Positions 39,701 to 48,564 of a stretch of DNA of 64,000 nt are shown here, piece after piece. A program made the position numbers and the translations under genes. The first letter of the stretch is position 1. The number at the start of each line of letters is the position of its first letter. Origin of the DNA: Abditibacteriaceae bacterium (GTDB lineage Bacteria; Armatimonadota; Abditibacteriia; Abditibacteriales; Abditibacteriaceae); NCBI GenBank assembly GCA_031425655.1, contig JANPJS010000016.1, positions 1 to 64,000 on the forward strand. Direction: 5' to 3'. Under the pieces are notes generated by a model, which was not told the origin of the DNA, did no database searches, and was given only the letters and a program-made list of their open reading frames with translations.

Positions 39701-40799
39701 TGATACGACATTTCCCTTCAGCATTGATCTACGCAATGTTACAGGCTCTTCAGGAGGAGACACAGTCGAGACCGTGGCCCAATTAAAGGCCAACTTCAAC
39801 ACTGCCTTTAACGGAACTCCTCCTAAATGGAGTCTTGCTGATCCGGATTCCTTCGGGAGCTTAGTTAACGGCGCTACCGGAGATGCCGCAGTAGCAGCTC
39901 GCTATTTAGCGCGCATCGGCCATCTCAATGGCACAGGTGACGATGTTACTGCACCAACAGCTACAACATACACAGGCGATGAAGTCCTCAAATTGCCAAT
40001 AACTGTATCCGTTGGCTTACATTGGTTAGACCCTCAAATTAGTTTAACGACGCCAACAGCACCTCTTTCGTGGATTGGCACAAATCCCACCGCTGCCAAC
40101 GGTGACGATGTTGAGACCTCCCGCGCAGACTTCTACTGGTTTAAGAACGCGGATTCTGGCAATCGCGACAAACAGCAGTGGTTACGCTGGATAAGCCGCC
40201 CGATGGTTGCCCCTGCATTTCCCAGTCCTGCCGCAGTAGGCAGTAACGTCATGGCACTAGTTCGGTCTCAGACAACAGATGCGACTTTGCCCCCGTTGCG
40301 CGTGGGCGGTTTTAAATTGGAGCGTGACGATTTCAAACTTCCCGCTCACACATATGGAGCAATTCCCGTTGAGATTCAAGCAACGATATTCGCGCAGGAA
40401 GGCTCTTGGTTTGTGATTGCGGCGCCACAACAACATCGCACCGACGAAAATAGTAATGGGAGCAACAATGCGCGCGAAAGGGCTTTTGCAACTCGAATGA
40501 ATCGCACCCATTACGAGGCACAACTCACAGGCCGCATTGTGCAGAATTACGCTCCTACAGGACTTCTTGATTACGATTTGGAGCATTCGCCAGATAATCG
40601 AACCGTTGGTGCTATGGCTCAATGGATTGATGCACTGTCTTATCCAGCGACAATCGAAAGTGATGGCGTAGGTGCTCCTAATGGCCCAAATCCACGCGGC
40701 AGAGATTGGAAAGCTATGAGGTATAACGCCAATGTGTCCTTGCCTCCTGCCTATGGCGGTTACTTGCCGCTCTCACCAGGCATGGAATTGGTGAACTAA
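36786..40799 (+). CDS. Giant PilX/GspK-like minor pilin (1337 aa)
   Basis: RRG^QALLLAVLVMIFAALIG (no Glu5, as in PilX/GspK), AAANAARNGL helix, GIIYAEGNVRVRG beta motifs; start reassigned to ATG 36786 with GAGGT RBS. Confidence 0.82.
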   Translation: MNIHTFRSLISAPAALRRGAPRRGQALLLAVLVMIFAALIGSTFITVLALNIDRTSAQEQRVAAANAARNGLEAVNYQLVANGSDWRPEQIAPPPAPGDVTYNFYYTPQEISQGFARYTLHPTTDLDGDGQTYTTANPDFEDDWIALENAKNANPSQPTFVKFPDPRIEQVTDVPTYLAEVRVEKDTINHPDKVGMLRMTVVGASPNDPNVLVPRVSYKSTLERNSVFSWGLVHTGWNYQKNTPTWTEWKPAINTSAGATSIIVEDATGISPGRLLTLQQGATNESVMVAGVNSNTITFKGSTTQSYLATLIGGAVSVRAATTLMNELVGQDGVAASPSITPQFDADGETASSTWEQTQAQEQLTTLGCFFNTDLVLQGKADLVLGANQQMKVTGLISTLTGQTQARLKPSSGGATSTMPTSQDVPTNQVGSASLPNAEQARVYDNPYPASGPVADSPFNRSVRPQIPPDINQFTKLQDVTKYAAGGAVGLGPGLFINNSDDVEQVAENGILRALSVSDFHRLGQGKSLPSTSTTGNVTAGDTNGIAAVAGNNTGSGHRLVFPNLTPPNTDGYKYPLTFGSLEQRGIRGWISTFEFLPRGALIELNGSIITVTLDDRSDAYPDLPDPSKAWPWASNAAFTTVPLDKCYRMEINALTNARVCRASSTSTIQATPSQTLPAFNGIIYAEGNVRVRGTSGAVPITIVSMGNIYVEGELKQSSATGLIGLIAKKNVVFNPTQIVTRVAGSQDRAVAERAFNPAYPATPDKVTTSPVSLANPVTVDAANTTNETQSFRVGDLVRVGVGPEWRRVEQVNATSLSLVPALTTAPTSGTEVRILTDPAFVAGSDTTLFPAPVANVTTPAGSRRIGDVFQVTEWFYRMESAATQSDVLARDIKIDNAVPSAGSGGSLILSARMVGERKEAASLRFTGLDDTPPPPVPGPLPAPYSISAREDTNNNGLWEITEDIFKGSSLTDTTFPFSIDLRNVTGSSGGDTVETVAQLKANFNTAFNGTPPKWSLADPDSFGSLVNGATGDAAVAARYLARIGHLNGTGDDVTAPTATTYTGDEVLKLPITVSVGLHWLDPQISLTTPTAPLSWIGTNPTAANGDDVETSRADFYWFKNADSGNRDKQQWLRWISRPMVAPAFPSPAAVGSNVMALVRSQTTDATLPPLRVGGFKLERDDFKLPAHTYGAIPVEIQATIFAQEGSWFVIAAPQQHRTDENSNGSNNARERAFATRMNRTHYEAQLTGRIVQNYAPTGLLDYDLEHSPDNRTVGAMAQWIDALSYPATIESDGVGAPNGPNPRGRDWKAMRYNANVSLPPAYGGYLPLSPGMELVN

Positions 40800-40807
40800 A
40801 CCAAAAG

Positions 40808-40851
40808 AAAAGAAAAGCGCCGTCCTCAATTGAGGACGGCGCTTTTCTTTT
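40808..40851. terminator. Bidirectional intrinsic terminator
   Basis: AAAAGAAAAGCGCCGTCCTCA-AT-TGAGGACGGCGCTTTTCTTTT between convergent genes. Confidence 0.9.
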
Positions 40852-40861
40852 GTCCAGCCTG

Positions 40862-43045
40862 TCAGCGCAGCTTGGCTTTCAAGCGCGGCGCGTTGCGTTC
40901 GTCGTCCAAAGCTTTGCGGGTTTCGGCTAAGGCGATGACTTTCCAGCCGTGCGGCGGCAGCGTCACGTTGAACGTGGTTTGGCCGCCGCGAATCGAGGAT
41001 GGCGCTTCGGTTTCGGTCGTTAAATCAAGTGCGGTTTTGGCGGCGCCTTCGACCGTGGCTCGCACGCCGGCTTCGCGCGAAGCTGTGTTAAACAGCCCGA
41101 CCAAAAGCGCGCCTTTGGGCGAACGGCGCAAGGCCACGCGAACGACTTCAGGGCCGGCGATGTTTTGCGCGCCGCTGTTGGTAGCCGTCGCGGCGCGCAG
41201 TTGCACAAGGCGAGGTGCGACGTAATCGGCGATGCCCGCATAGAATTTCTGCCACGGCAACAGCTTTTGGCTGGTGACGGGAGCGGTGGGAGCCAGTGCG
41301 CTGCCCGGCGCGGCTGCGGTGGGAAGGGGCGAAGTGGCACCTTCGCTCATTTTCAGGCGATGCGGCAGCCACACGACTTCGCCTTTGCCCAACACGTTGA
41401 TAACAACTGCCGGTGAGCCGTCTTCGAGTTTGGCGACACTGCGCGAGCCAATCGGCACGAAAGCGCCTTTTTCGGTTTTGGCCTGCGACGACATCGTGGG
41501 CGGTTTCAGCGTTACGGTCAGGCTTTGCTCGACCGGGACGGAAGTGCCGCGTCCGGTTCCGAAAATCCACGGATCGTCTAAGATTATCGCGCTGTTTTTG
41601 GGCGCCAGCGGCGCGACGGAGGCGCCGACCAAAGTTTCCAGACGCCACGGCGCTTGGTTGCCTTGCTCGTCCAATTGCGGCGCGCCTTCGAGATAAATAC
41701 GCGCTCCGGCACGCGCCAGCGCTTCAAGGCGCAAAACGGCGGCGTTGCTGATGCGCTCGCCCAAACGCAGCGAAAACGGTTCGGGCGCGCCGCCTTTTTC
41801 CGGCAACGCGGAGCGCGCCAGCAAAGGAATGCGCCCGATGGAGCGCAAGCGATGGGCAAGCAAAATAGGACTTTCGTCTTCAATGGTTCCGGCGCCGTCC
41901 AGAGGAAAGGCTAAACCGGCGTCTTCCAATGTCACCGAGCCTGTCCACAGCGAGGCGTTGCGTTTCAGGAAAGCATCGAAGTTTGGCGTCGTGTTTTCGC
42001 TCGTGTCCGGCGATTTGCCCGAAAGAATCAGGCCGCTGGCACCGCCCATCAAAGCATTCAGCCACAAATCGCCGTTCGATGCGTTATCCAACTCAACCCA
42101 AACCGGCAGATCGAAAAACAACTGTTCTTCGGCGATTTTGCGCGCGACTTTGAGCGGCCACAGGCATTCGGGCGCGTTGTTGGCGCGAATCACCACGGCA
42201 TCGCATTGTGCCGCCACGAAATCCAAGTCGCGCGCGGCTTGCGCCGGCGAAGCGATGGCATCCACTTGAAAAATCAGCGCGGCGCCGGGCGCGGCAGCAT
42301 CGAGAAGGGGACGAAGCTGCGCTAAAACATTGGCCGCGTTCGCCGAAAGCGGCGCGCCGTTGCCCGACGGCAACGAAAAGCCCGCGAAACCGCGCTGTCC
42401 GCCCGCTTGCGCGTCCTGCACGCGCCGCGCGACTTCGCTACGCAGCGCCGCGAAATCGTAATTCGGCGCCAGCATTTCGCGCAGAGTCGGCACTGGCAGC
42501 GTGCGCCACGATAAATAAAGGTTGTTCGGAGCGCGCCACGTCGCAAGCGGCGCTTTGGCTTTGCGACCGAAATCGCGCTTCAAATTGGGCAAAAACAGCG
42601 GCCAATCCGGCGATGATGGCGCGTTGTGCATTGCATGAACCCACGGCGCGCCGTTGAAAAGCCAGAATCCCGGCCCGTGTTCGACTCCGGGCACTGTCAG
42701 CGCATCGCTTGGCGCGTCGGCGGTGAGCGGCGTCGCGGCGCGGTTGGTCGTGAGCAGGCGGAATTCGTAGTTGCCGGGATCGGCTTCAACTTGCACGTTG
42801 GTCTGCCAGCGCCCGTTCACCAGCGTCAGTTGGCGTGTGACATCGGCGATGCGCGTGGCGCGTCCGGCCTCGAATAAGCCGACACGCACACGGGGCGAAG
42901 GCAGCACCGCGCCGGGCGGCAAACTCAAAGTGACTCGTCCATCGGCGCCCAAAACCGAAGGCGCGACTTCCAAAGCGGGCCACGTCTGGGCCGAGAGCGG
43001 CGCGGCGCAAAGCAAAACGAGAAGTAAACGAGTAAGAAATTTCAC
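40862..43045 (-). CDS. Secreted hypothetical protein, possibly with a beta-galactosidase-trimerisation-like C-terminal domain
   Basis: Signal peptide; EDGSPAVVINVLGKGEVVWL motif; long ORF with typical codon usage. Confidence 0.65.
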   Translation of the reverse strand: MKFLTRLLLVLLCAAPLSAQTWPALEVAPSVLGADGRVTLSLPPGAVLPSPRVRVGLFEAGRATRIADVTRQLTLVNGRWQTNVQVEADPGNYEFRLLTTNRAATPLTADAPSDALTVPGVEHGPGFWLFNGAPWVHAMHNAPSSPDWPLFLPNLKRDFGRKAKAPLATWRAPNNLYLSWRTLPVPTLREMLAPNYDFAALRSEVARRVQDAQAGGQRGFAGFSLPSGNGAPLSANAANVLAQLRPLLDAAAPGAALIFQVDAIASPAQAARDLDFVAAQCDAVVIRANNAPECLWPLKVARKIAEEQLFFDLPVWVELDNASNGDLWLNALMGGASGLILSGKSPDTSENTTPNFDAFLKRNASLWTGSVTLEDAGLAFPLDGAGTIEDESPILLAHRLRSIGRIPLLARSALPEKGGAPEPFSLRLGERISNAAVLRLEALARAGARIYLEGAPQLDEQGNQAPWRLETLVGASVAPLAPKNSAIILDDPWIFGTGRGTSVPVEQSLTVTLKPPTMSSQAKTEKGAFVPIGSRSVAKLEDGSPAVVINVLGKGEVVWLPHRLKMSEGATSPLPTAAAPGSALAPTAPVTSQKLLPWQKFYAGIADYVAPRLVQLRAATATNSGAQNIAGPEVVRVALRRSPKGALLVGLFNTASREAGVRATVEGAAKTALDLTTETEAPSSIRGGQTTFNVTLPPHGWKVIALAETRKALDDERNAPRLKAKLR

Positions 43046-43141
43046 AAAAACCTTTGAAAAGAAAATATCTGTGGCCAGACGCCGCAGCCCGCACGCGGTT
43101 CGCGGGGCATTTAAGCGTGGATTTGTCGGGCAGCGCCGACT

Positions 43142-43266
43142 TGACGATGGAACCCTCCCCTAACCCCTCCCGTTGGAGGGGAATTTACGCCCCTTGTGTT
43201 CAAACTTGAACTGAGATCGCCAAGTTCCCCTCCAACGGGAGGGGTTAGGGGAGGGTTCCACCGTCA
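43142..43266. repeat. REP doublet (42-bp inverted repeat)
   Basis: 43142-43183 pairs with 43225-43266 with one mismatch. Confidence 0.9.
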
Positions 43267-43336
43267 GCCTAATCAAGGTTATCGCCATGCCCAAAAGTTG
43301 ACACTTCGACGGCAAAACGAAACACTGTCCAAGATT

Positions 43337-43813
43337 ATGAGCAACGATAAAAACCTTAAAAACGAACTGTCGCGCCGCGAATTGATCGGCGGCGCCATTG
43401 CGGCTGGGCTGACGATAGGTGTTGCGGGTTGCGCATCGCAAGACACCGAATCGGCGGCGCCGGTCGCTGCGGCACCGGGCGCTGCGACACCGGGCGCTGC
43501 GGCACAGAGCGGCACCACGACTATTGTAGGCGGCGGCAAACTGCTCGCCGGCACCGCTTTACCGATTCAACTGCCCAACGGGCAGCCCGCCGTGCTTGTC
43601 AATCCCAAATCCGGCGCTCTGCTGGCGGTTTCGGCGCTTTGCACGCATTCCGGCTGCACCGTGGTCTGGAAAGACGCAGAGCAAAAACTGCACTGCCCGT
43701 GTCACGGCTCGGTTTTCGATGCCGCCGGCAAAGTTCAAACCGGCCCGGCCACAGCGCCTTTAGCCACTTTTAAGGTGCAAAAAAAGGGCGACGACGCGGT
43801 TCTCACCTTGTAA
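43337..43813 (+). CDS. Tat-exported Rieske 2Fe-2S lipoprotein (QcrA/PetC-like)
   Basis: SRRELI twin-arginine motif, VAGC lipobox, CTHSGC and CPCHGS; start reassigned to ATG 43337. Confidence 0.88.
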   Translation: MSNDKNLKNELSRRELIGGAIAAGLTIGVAGCASQDTESAAPVAAAPGAATPGAAAQSGTTTIVGGGKLLAGTALPIQLPNGQPAVLVNPKSGALLAVSALCTHSGCTVVWKDAEQKLHCPCHGSVFDAAGKVQTGPATAPLATFKVQKKGDDAVLTL

Positions 43814-43851
43814 ACCCTGTTTCACTTCGAGCAGTTTTCTCTTTTTCGGAC

Positions 43852-43881
43852 TTGCCACCGTTGCGCTGTGGTAGCTATAAT
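43852..43881 (+). promoter_or_regulatory. Putative sigma70 promoter
   Basis: TTGCCA-18 nt-TATAAT upstream of the gene at 43950. Confidence 0.5.
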
Positions 43882-43949
43882 GGCGATGTTCAGGTCGCCA
43901 TCGCAGCATTGCGAGCCGGCCCGAATCGTCAATTAAGGAGTTGTAACTG

Positions 43950-44669
43950 TTGCACTGGACACGCAAGACTATCATCGAACACATCAAGCAACTGCATTCT
44001 CAGGGAGCCGAACTCAACTATACCTCAGCCGAACGAGAACACTTGAATTTAGTGCGCGCCGCCGCCTGGCATTTTGGAACATGGCGCCAGGCTGTCGAGG
44101 CCGCCGAGGTCAATTACGAAGGTTTATCGAAGTATCGCCGCTGGAACCGCGAACGCATCGTCGAACGCATCAAAGAGTTGCACACGCAGGGCGCCGATCT
44201 CAGTTGGCGCTCCGTCAGCACCGAAGTTGACCCGCCTTTAGCCGCCGCCGCCTTGCGCGCCAACGGCTTTCCGAGTTGGCGCGAAGCCATTGCCGCCGCC
44301 GGACTCGACATTGACAACGTGGCGCGCTACCGCTTTTGGAACGAAGAGCGCGTCATCGCGGCGATTCGTGAATTGCAAGCCGCCGGACACCCTTTGTCGT
44401 CCAAAGCGATGCAAACCAGCGATCAATCGTTGTTTTGCGCGGCGCGGCGTCGTTTCGGCTCGTGGGACAAAGCCCTCGTCGCTGCGGGTTTCAACGTCGA
44501 GGAAATTCGTTTGCGCCGGCCAAAATCAGCGAAGCGAAAACTCAAAGCAAAGCCCGAAACCCATGCTAAAAACGGTGTTTCTCTCAATGGACACACCAAA
44601 AACGGACACGCCGAAAACGGACACGCCGGCGCTGTGAAACCACGTCGCAGGGTGGTGCTGGCGCGCTAA
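43950..44669 (+). CDS. Protein with three tandem W..E.I...I...FGSW..A..AAG repeats (homing-endonuclease-associated-repeat-like)
   Basis: Three ~62-aa repeats, basic tail; TAAGGAG RBS before TTG. Confidence 0.8.
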   Translation: MHWTRKTIIEHIKQLHSQGAELNYTSAEREHLNLVRAAAWHFGTWRQAVEAAEVNYEGLSKYRRWNRERIVERIKELHTQGADLSWRSVSTEVDPPLAAAALRANGFPSWREAIAAAGLDIDNVARYRFWNEERVIAAIRELQAAGHPLSSKAMQTSDQSLFCAARRRFGSWDKALVAAGFNVEEIRLRRPKSAKRKLKAKPETHAKNGVSLNGHTKNGHAENGHAGAVKPRRRVVLAR

Positions 44670-44878
44670 GAGTCTGTCTGAGAATTCGTTACAGACTAAC
44701 ACCAAAAACTTTTAATGGGACGCGGAGCTTCGCTACGCGGATTTCATGCGCGGATTCTCGCGGTTTTACAAAAGAAAATCAGCGAAAATCAGCGCACAAC
44801 GTCCGCGCAGCGAAGCTCCGCGTCCTATTAAAAAGCGACTCAACTCAGGATTAATGACTATTCTCAGACAGCTTCTTA
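44667..44878. mobile_element. MITE-like element, family A copy 4 (outer arms inverted)
   Basis: Arms are the reverse complement of those of copy 1; starts at the TAA stop of the upstream gene. Confidence 0.85.
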
Positions 44879-45070
44879 GATTTCGTATCATTGAAAAACG
44901 CAAAATGCGACAGGATTTTCAAGGAAGCAGCATTGATCTGCGCGAATCCGTGTCGTTTCGGGCGCCCTCTGGGCAGGGAACCCGTGTTCCATTTGGCGTT
45001 TCGAGATGATAAATACCGATTTCAGGCCCAAAATTCCCGCTTCGCCGCGTGTTGAACTAAACTGCACATC

Positions 45071-45907
45071 ATGCTTATTACCGTAGCGCACTCGCCGGAT
45101 TCGGACGATGCTTTCATGCATTACGCTTTGGCGCGTCACAAAATTGACACCGGCGGGCTGGAATTTCAGCACGTTTTGCAGGACATCGAAACGCTGAATC
45201 AGCGTGCCGCATCCGGCACTTACGAAGTCACGGCGATTTCGATTCACGCTTACGCTTATCTGGCCGATAAATATGCTCTGCTGCCGCACGGCGCTTCAAT
45301 GGGCGAAAATTACGGCCCGATGATCGTGGCGCGCGAAGCGTTTTCGCGCGAGACCATTAAAAATCAAACCGTCGCCGTGCCGGGTTTGATGACTTCGGCG
45401 TATTTGGCGCTCAAGCTTTTCGCGCCGGAAATCGCCACCGTCGTGATGCCTTTCGACGAGATTTTGCCCGCCGTCGAGCGCGGCGAAGTGGCCGCAGGTT
45501 TGCTCATCCACGAGGGCCAACTTACATATGGCGATGCCGGATTGCACAACGTCGTGGATTTGGGTGTTTGGTGGAGCGAGCAAACCGGCGGACTGCCGTT
45601 ACCGTTGGGCGGCAACGCCATCCGGCGCGATCTGGGGCCGGAATTAACCATCCAAGTTTCAGATTTGCTGCGCGAAAGCATTCGCTATGCGTTGGCGCAC
45701 CGCGAGGAAGCCTTAGACTACGCTCTGGAATTCGCGCGCGGCATGGAAGAACGGCCTCAACTGACCGACGAATTCGTCGGGATGTATGTCAATCAGCGCA
45801 CGCTCGATTATGGCGATGATGGCCGGCGTTCGGTGCAATTATTCTTAGATCGCGGCTTTGAATCCGGCGTGATTCCGCATCGCGTTGCTGTCGAATTTGC
45901 CGGATAA
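45071..45907 (+). CDS. mqnD: 1,4-dihydroxy-6-naphthoate synthase (futalosine menaquinone pathway)
   Basis: [40 protein letters not shown]. Confidence 0.9.
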   Translation: MLITVAHSPDSDDAFMHYALARHKIDTGGLEFQHVLQDIETLNQRAASGTYEVTAISIHAYAYLADKYALLPHGASMGENYGPMIVAREAFSRETIKNQTVAVPGLMTSAYLALKLFAPEIATVVMPFDEILPAVERGEVAAGLLIHEGQLTYGDAGLHNVVDLGVWWSEQTGGLPLPLGGNAIRRDLGPELTIQVSDLLRESIRYALAHREEALDYALEFARGMEERPQLTDEFVGMYVNQRTLDYGDDGRRSVQLFLDRGFESGVIPHRVAVEFAG

Positions 45908-45927
45908 ATTGTCGAACAGGAGACTTT

Positions 45928-46587
45928 ATGCCCAAAGTTGGCGTTTTGCTATCAGGCTGTGGCGTCGAGGACGGCAGCGAAGTTTACGAAGCAGTCCTCA
46001 CGATTTTGGCGCTCGAAAAAGCCGGCGCCGATTGGCAGGCCTTAGCGCCGGATACCGAGCAATCGCACGTCGTCAATCATTACAAAGGCGAGGAAAGCCG
46101 TCAGGAAACGCGCAACGTCTTGCCCGAAGCGGCGCGCATCGTGCGCGGCAAAGTCACCTCTGTCGGCGAAGTTTCGGCGCACGAAATTGACGCCTTAGTG
46201 ATTCCCGGCGGCTTCGGCGTGACTAAAAATCTGTGTTCCTTCGCCGCCGACGGCGTGAATGCCACGGTCAACCCTCACGTGCAGCGCTTGATTCAGGATT
46301 TGCACGGTCTGGGAAAACCGATTGGTGCCATTTGTGTCGCGCCGGTTCTGGTCGCTCTGGCATTGCGTGGACAAAACCTCACCATGACTGTCGGCAGCGA
46401 TGCCTCGACATCACTGGCGATTAACCGCCTCGACGCGCATCATCACATCGCCGCCGTGGACGAGATTTACATAGACGAGCGCAACAATGTCGTCTCGACG
46501 CCGGCTTTCATGCTGGCCAAAAGCCCCAGCGAAGCCGAGCCGGGCATCACCAAATTAGTGAACGCCGTCCTCAAATTGATTCCCTAA
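45928..46587 (+). CDS. elbB: ElbB-type glyoxalase (DJ-1/PfpI superfamily)
   Basis: LSGCGVEDGSEVYEAV, RNVLPEAARIVRG, PGGFG..KNL, KPIGAIC, STPAFM. Confidence 0.9.
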   Translation: MPKVGVLLSGCGVEDGSEVYEAVLTILALEKAGADWQALAPDTEQSHVVNHYKGEESRQETRNVLPEAARIVRGKVTSVGEVSAHEIDALVIPGGFGVTKNLCSFAADGVNATVNPHVQRLIQDLHGLGKPIGAICVAPVLVALALRGQNLTMTVGSDASTSLAINRLDAHHHIAAVDEIYIDERNNVVSTPAFMLAKSPSEAEPGITKLVNAVLKLIP

Positions 46588-46651
46588 AATCGAGAAAGGC
46601 CGGCTCGTTTCTTACGAGCCGGCCTCTTTTTGTCTTCCGAGGTTGTCCTTC

Positions 46652-46957
46652 ATGCCCGAATTCGTAACCATAGCGCAAGCCGATGACATCAAAGACGGCG
46701 CCGCGCGCTGCGTCACCGTGAATGCGAAAGAGTTGGCCATATTCCGCGTCGGCGACGATTTTTACGCGATTGACAACGAATGCTCGCACTACGGCGCAGC
46801 CCTGTGCGACGGTTGGACGGACGGCACCACCGTCACTTGCCCGTGGCACTGCTGGCAATTCGATATCACCAACGGCAAATGCCTGACGGTGGACGATTAC
46901 GACGTGACGGCCTACCCCATTCGCATCGAAAACGGCCAAGTTAAAGTGCAGATATGA
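46652..46957 (+). CDS. Rieske-type ferredoxin (NirD/dioxygenase ferredoxin-like)
   Basis: CSHYG and CPWH motifs, 101 aa. Confidence 0.88.
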   Translation: MPEFVTIAQADDIKDGAARCVTVNAKELAIFRVGDDFYAIDNECSHYGAALCDGWTDGTTVTCPWHCWQFDITNGKCLTVDDYDVTAYPIRIENGQVKVQI

Positions 46958-47106
46958 AGAGAATGTTGGTCACTTATCAGCTTAATCGTTCAATATCGCA
47001 GATTACACGGAATATTGCGGGATAATAAAGAGTTATCTTGCTGCGCGCGGTTTGGTGCGGTTGTGATACAATAAAGTCATCCAAAATCGCAATTCTGTAA
47101 CTACTT

Positions 47107-48387
47107 ATGGACACTCAACCAACCAACGAAAACGCCGATAGCGCTAATGAGGCGCAGCAACCCGCTGAAAATCCAGCGGGCAGTCTTCCGAATGCCGCCC
47201 CGACAGTTGCGAACAACACATCGCGTAAGAGCAACGCTGCTAAGGCAGCACCAAAGACCCCCAAAAAGCCGTCTGCATCTAAGAAATCGAAGCCTCGCAA
47301 GAAAGCCCCAGCACAAAAAATTACCAAATCACCGGGAGCTTCTAATTTCCGTCAAGAAGTGCAACGACCTTTCCCTCGTGCCACTTTAGATGCGGCGCTA
47401 CAGGTGGCTGCACAAATAAAAAGTCTGAACGGCGGCAATCCTTGGGACACAGCCGAAGTAGCGAAGGCTTTCGGCATGAGTGTGCAAAACACGAAATTTT
47501 ATTACTTGACGGCCTCTTCGCGTGATTTTGGATTAACAACGGGAACGAGAAATACACCGAAGATAGAATTAACGGATTTAGGGAGGAGCATAGTTTATGC
47601 TCCTGATCCACAAGCCGAGCATGAGAAAAAGATTGAAGCTTTTCTAAGCGTGGAAACATTCAGGAAAGTTTTGGAGCATTATAAAGGTAGCGCGTTGCCT
47701 GAGATGAAGTATTTAGGCAATACGCTCGAAAAAGAATTTGGCCTGCATCCCTCAGTCCATGAAGAGTTCGCAACGCTATTCCGCCAGAATTGCCAAGATT
47801 TAGGCATAGAAGCAGGTTTTGATGAATTACAAAACATTGGAACTGGAAAACCTTCGGCTGGCCCCACGACCGTTATGCTGGGCGAACCCAAAGGAGCAAC
47901 AAAAGCGACGTTAAAGGCTTTTGTCATAATGCCGTTTGTAGAAAGAAATGATAGCCATCCCAAAGGTTTCTTTTCCGAAGTATTGCGTAGCTTGATTACA
48001 CCTTCTGCGATTGAAGCGGGATTTTCCGTAGAAACGGCCAACAGGCAAGGCAGTGACGTTATTCAATCCACGATTATCAACGACTTGTTGGAAGCAGACT
48101 TAGTTATCGCAGACCTAACAGCACACAACCCCAATGTGCTTTTTGAGCTTGGGGTTAGGATGGCTCACGACAAACCCGTAGCTTTAATCAAATCCACAGG
48201 GACAGGAAAAATATTCGATGTTGATAACATGCTGCGAGTGGTGGAGTATGATGCCAATATGTGGCCTTCGACTATCGAAAAGGACTTGCCGAAGTTGAGA
48301 GACCATATCAAAGGAACGTGGGACAATAGGAACACTAACCAATCGTATATGAAAATACTCCGTAAAGGACAAACGGGAGGTAGCTAA
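47107..48387 (+). CDS. Integron cassette protein: disordered N-terminus, winged-helix-like domain, C-terminal NDT/TIR-like domain
   Basis: AFVIMPF...ADLVIADLTAHNPNVLFELGVR...KP motif; more AT-rich than flanks; followed by attC. Confidence 0.75.
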   Translation: MDTQPTNENADSANEAQQPAENPAGSLPNAAPTVANNTSRKSNAAKAAPKTPKKPSASKKSKPRKKAPAQKITKSPGASNFRQEVQRPFPRATLDAALQVAAQIKSLNGGNPWDTAEVAKAFGMSVQNTKFYYLTASSRDFGLTTGTRNTPKIELTDLGRSIVYAPDPQAEHEKKIEAFLSVETFRKVLEHYKGSALPEMKYLGNTLEKEFGLHPSVHEEFATLFRQNCQDLGIEAGFDELQNIGTGKPSAGPTTVMLGEPKGATKATLKAFVIMPFVERNDSHPKGFFSEVLRSLITPSAIEAGFSVETANRQGSDVIQSTIINDLLEADLVIADLTAHNPNVLFELGVRMAHDKPVALIKSTGTGKIFDVDNMLRVVEYDANMWPSTIEKDLPKLRDHIKGTWDNRNTNQSYMKILRKGQTGGS

Positions 48388-48412
48388 GAGAGTGTGCTAC
48401 TCCCTAACAGCC

Positions 48413-48516
48413 GCCGAACAAGGCGCTGCACCCGACCGCCTGCAGCTTCGTTCCCTTCGCTCGTTCCTCGCTCTGGTCTCTGCGCTTCCGGCGGCGGGTG
48501 AGCTTGATCGTTGGGA
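48413..48516 (+). mobile_element. Integron attC site 1
   Basis: GCCGAAC-AAGGCGCTGCACCCGACCGCC ... GGCGGCGGGTGAGCTTGATC-GTTGGGA, imperfect palindrome with R and L boxes. Confidence 0.85.
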
Positions 48517-48564
48517 CGCTTGCGCGCGGCGTTGCTCGAAACCCAAATTTTCAGATAAACTTGA

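Noticed and set aside
43196..43336. 5' extension of the Rieske ORF
   Set aside because: Translation of a REP arm; the Tat signal begins at 43337
43881..43940. Fluoride riboswitch-like GGCGATG...TCGCC hairpin
   Set aside because: Loop and downstream pseudoknot/CUGAUG elements do not fit, and the downstream gene is not fluoride-related
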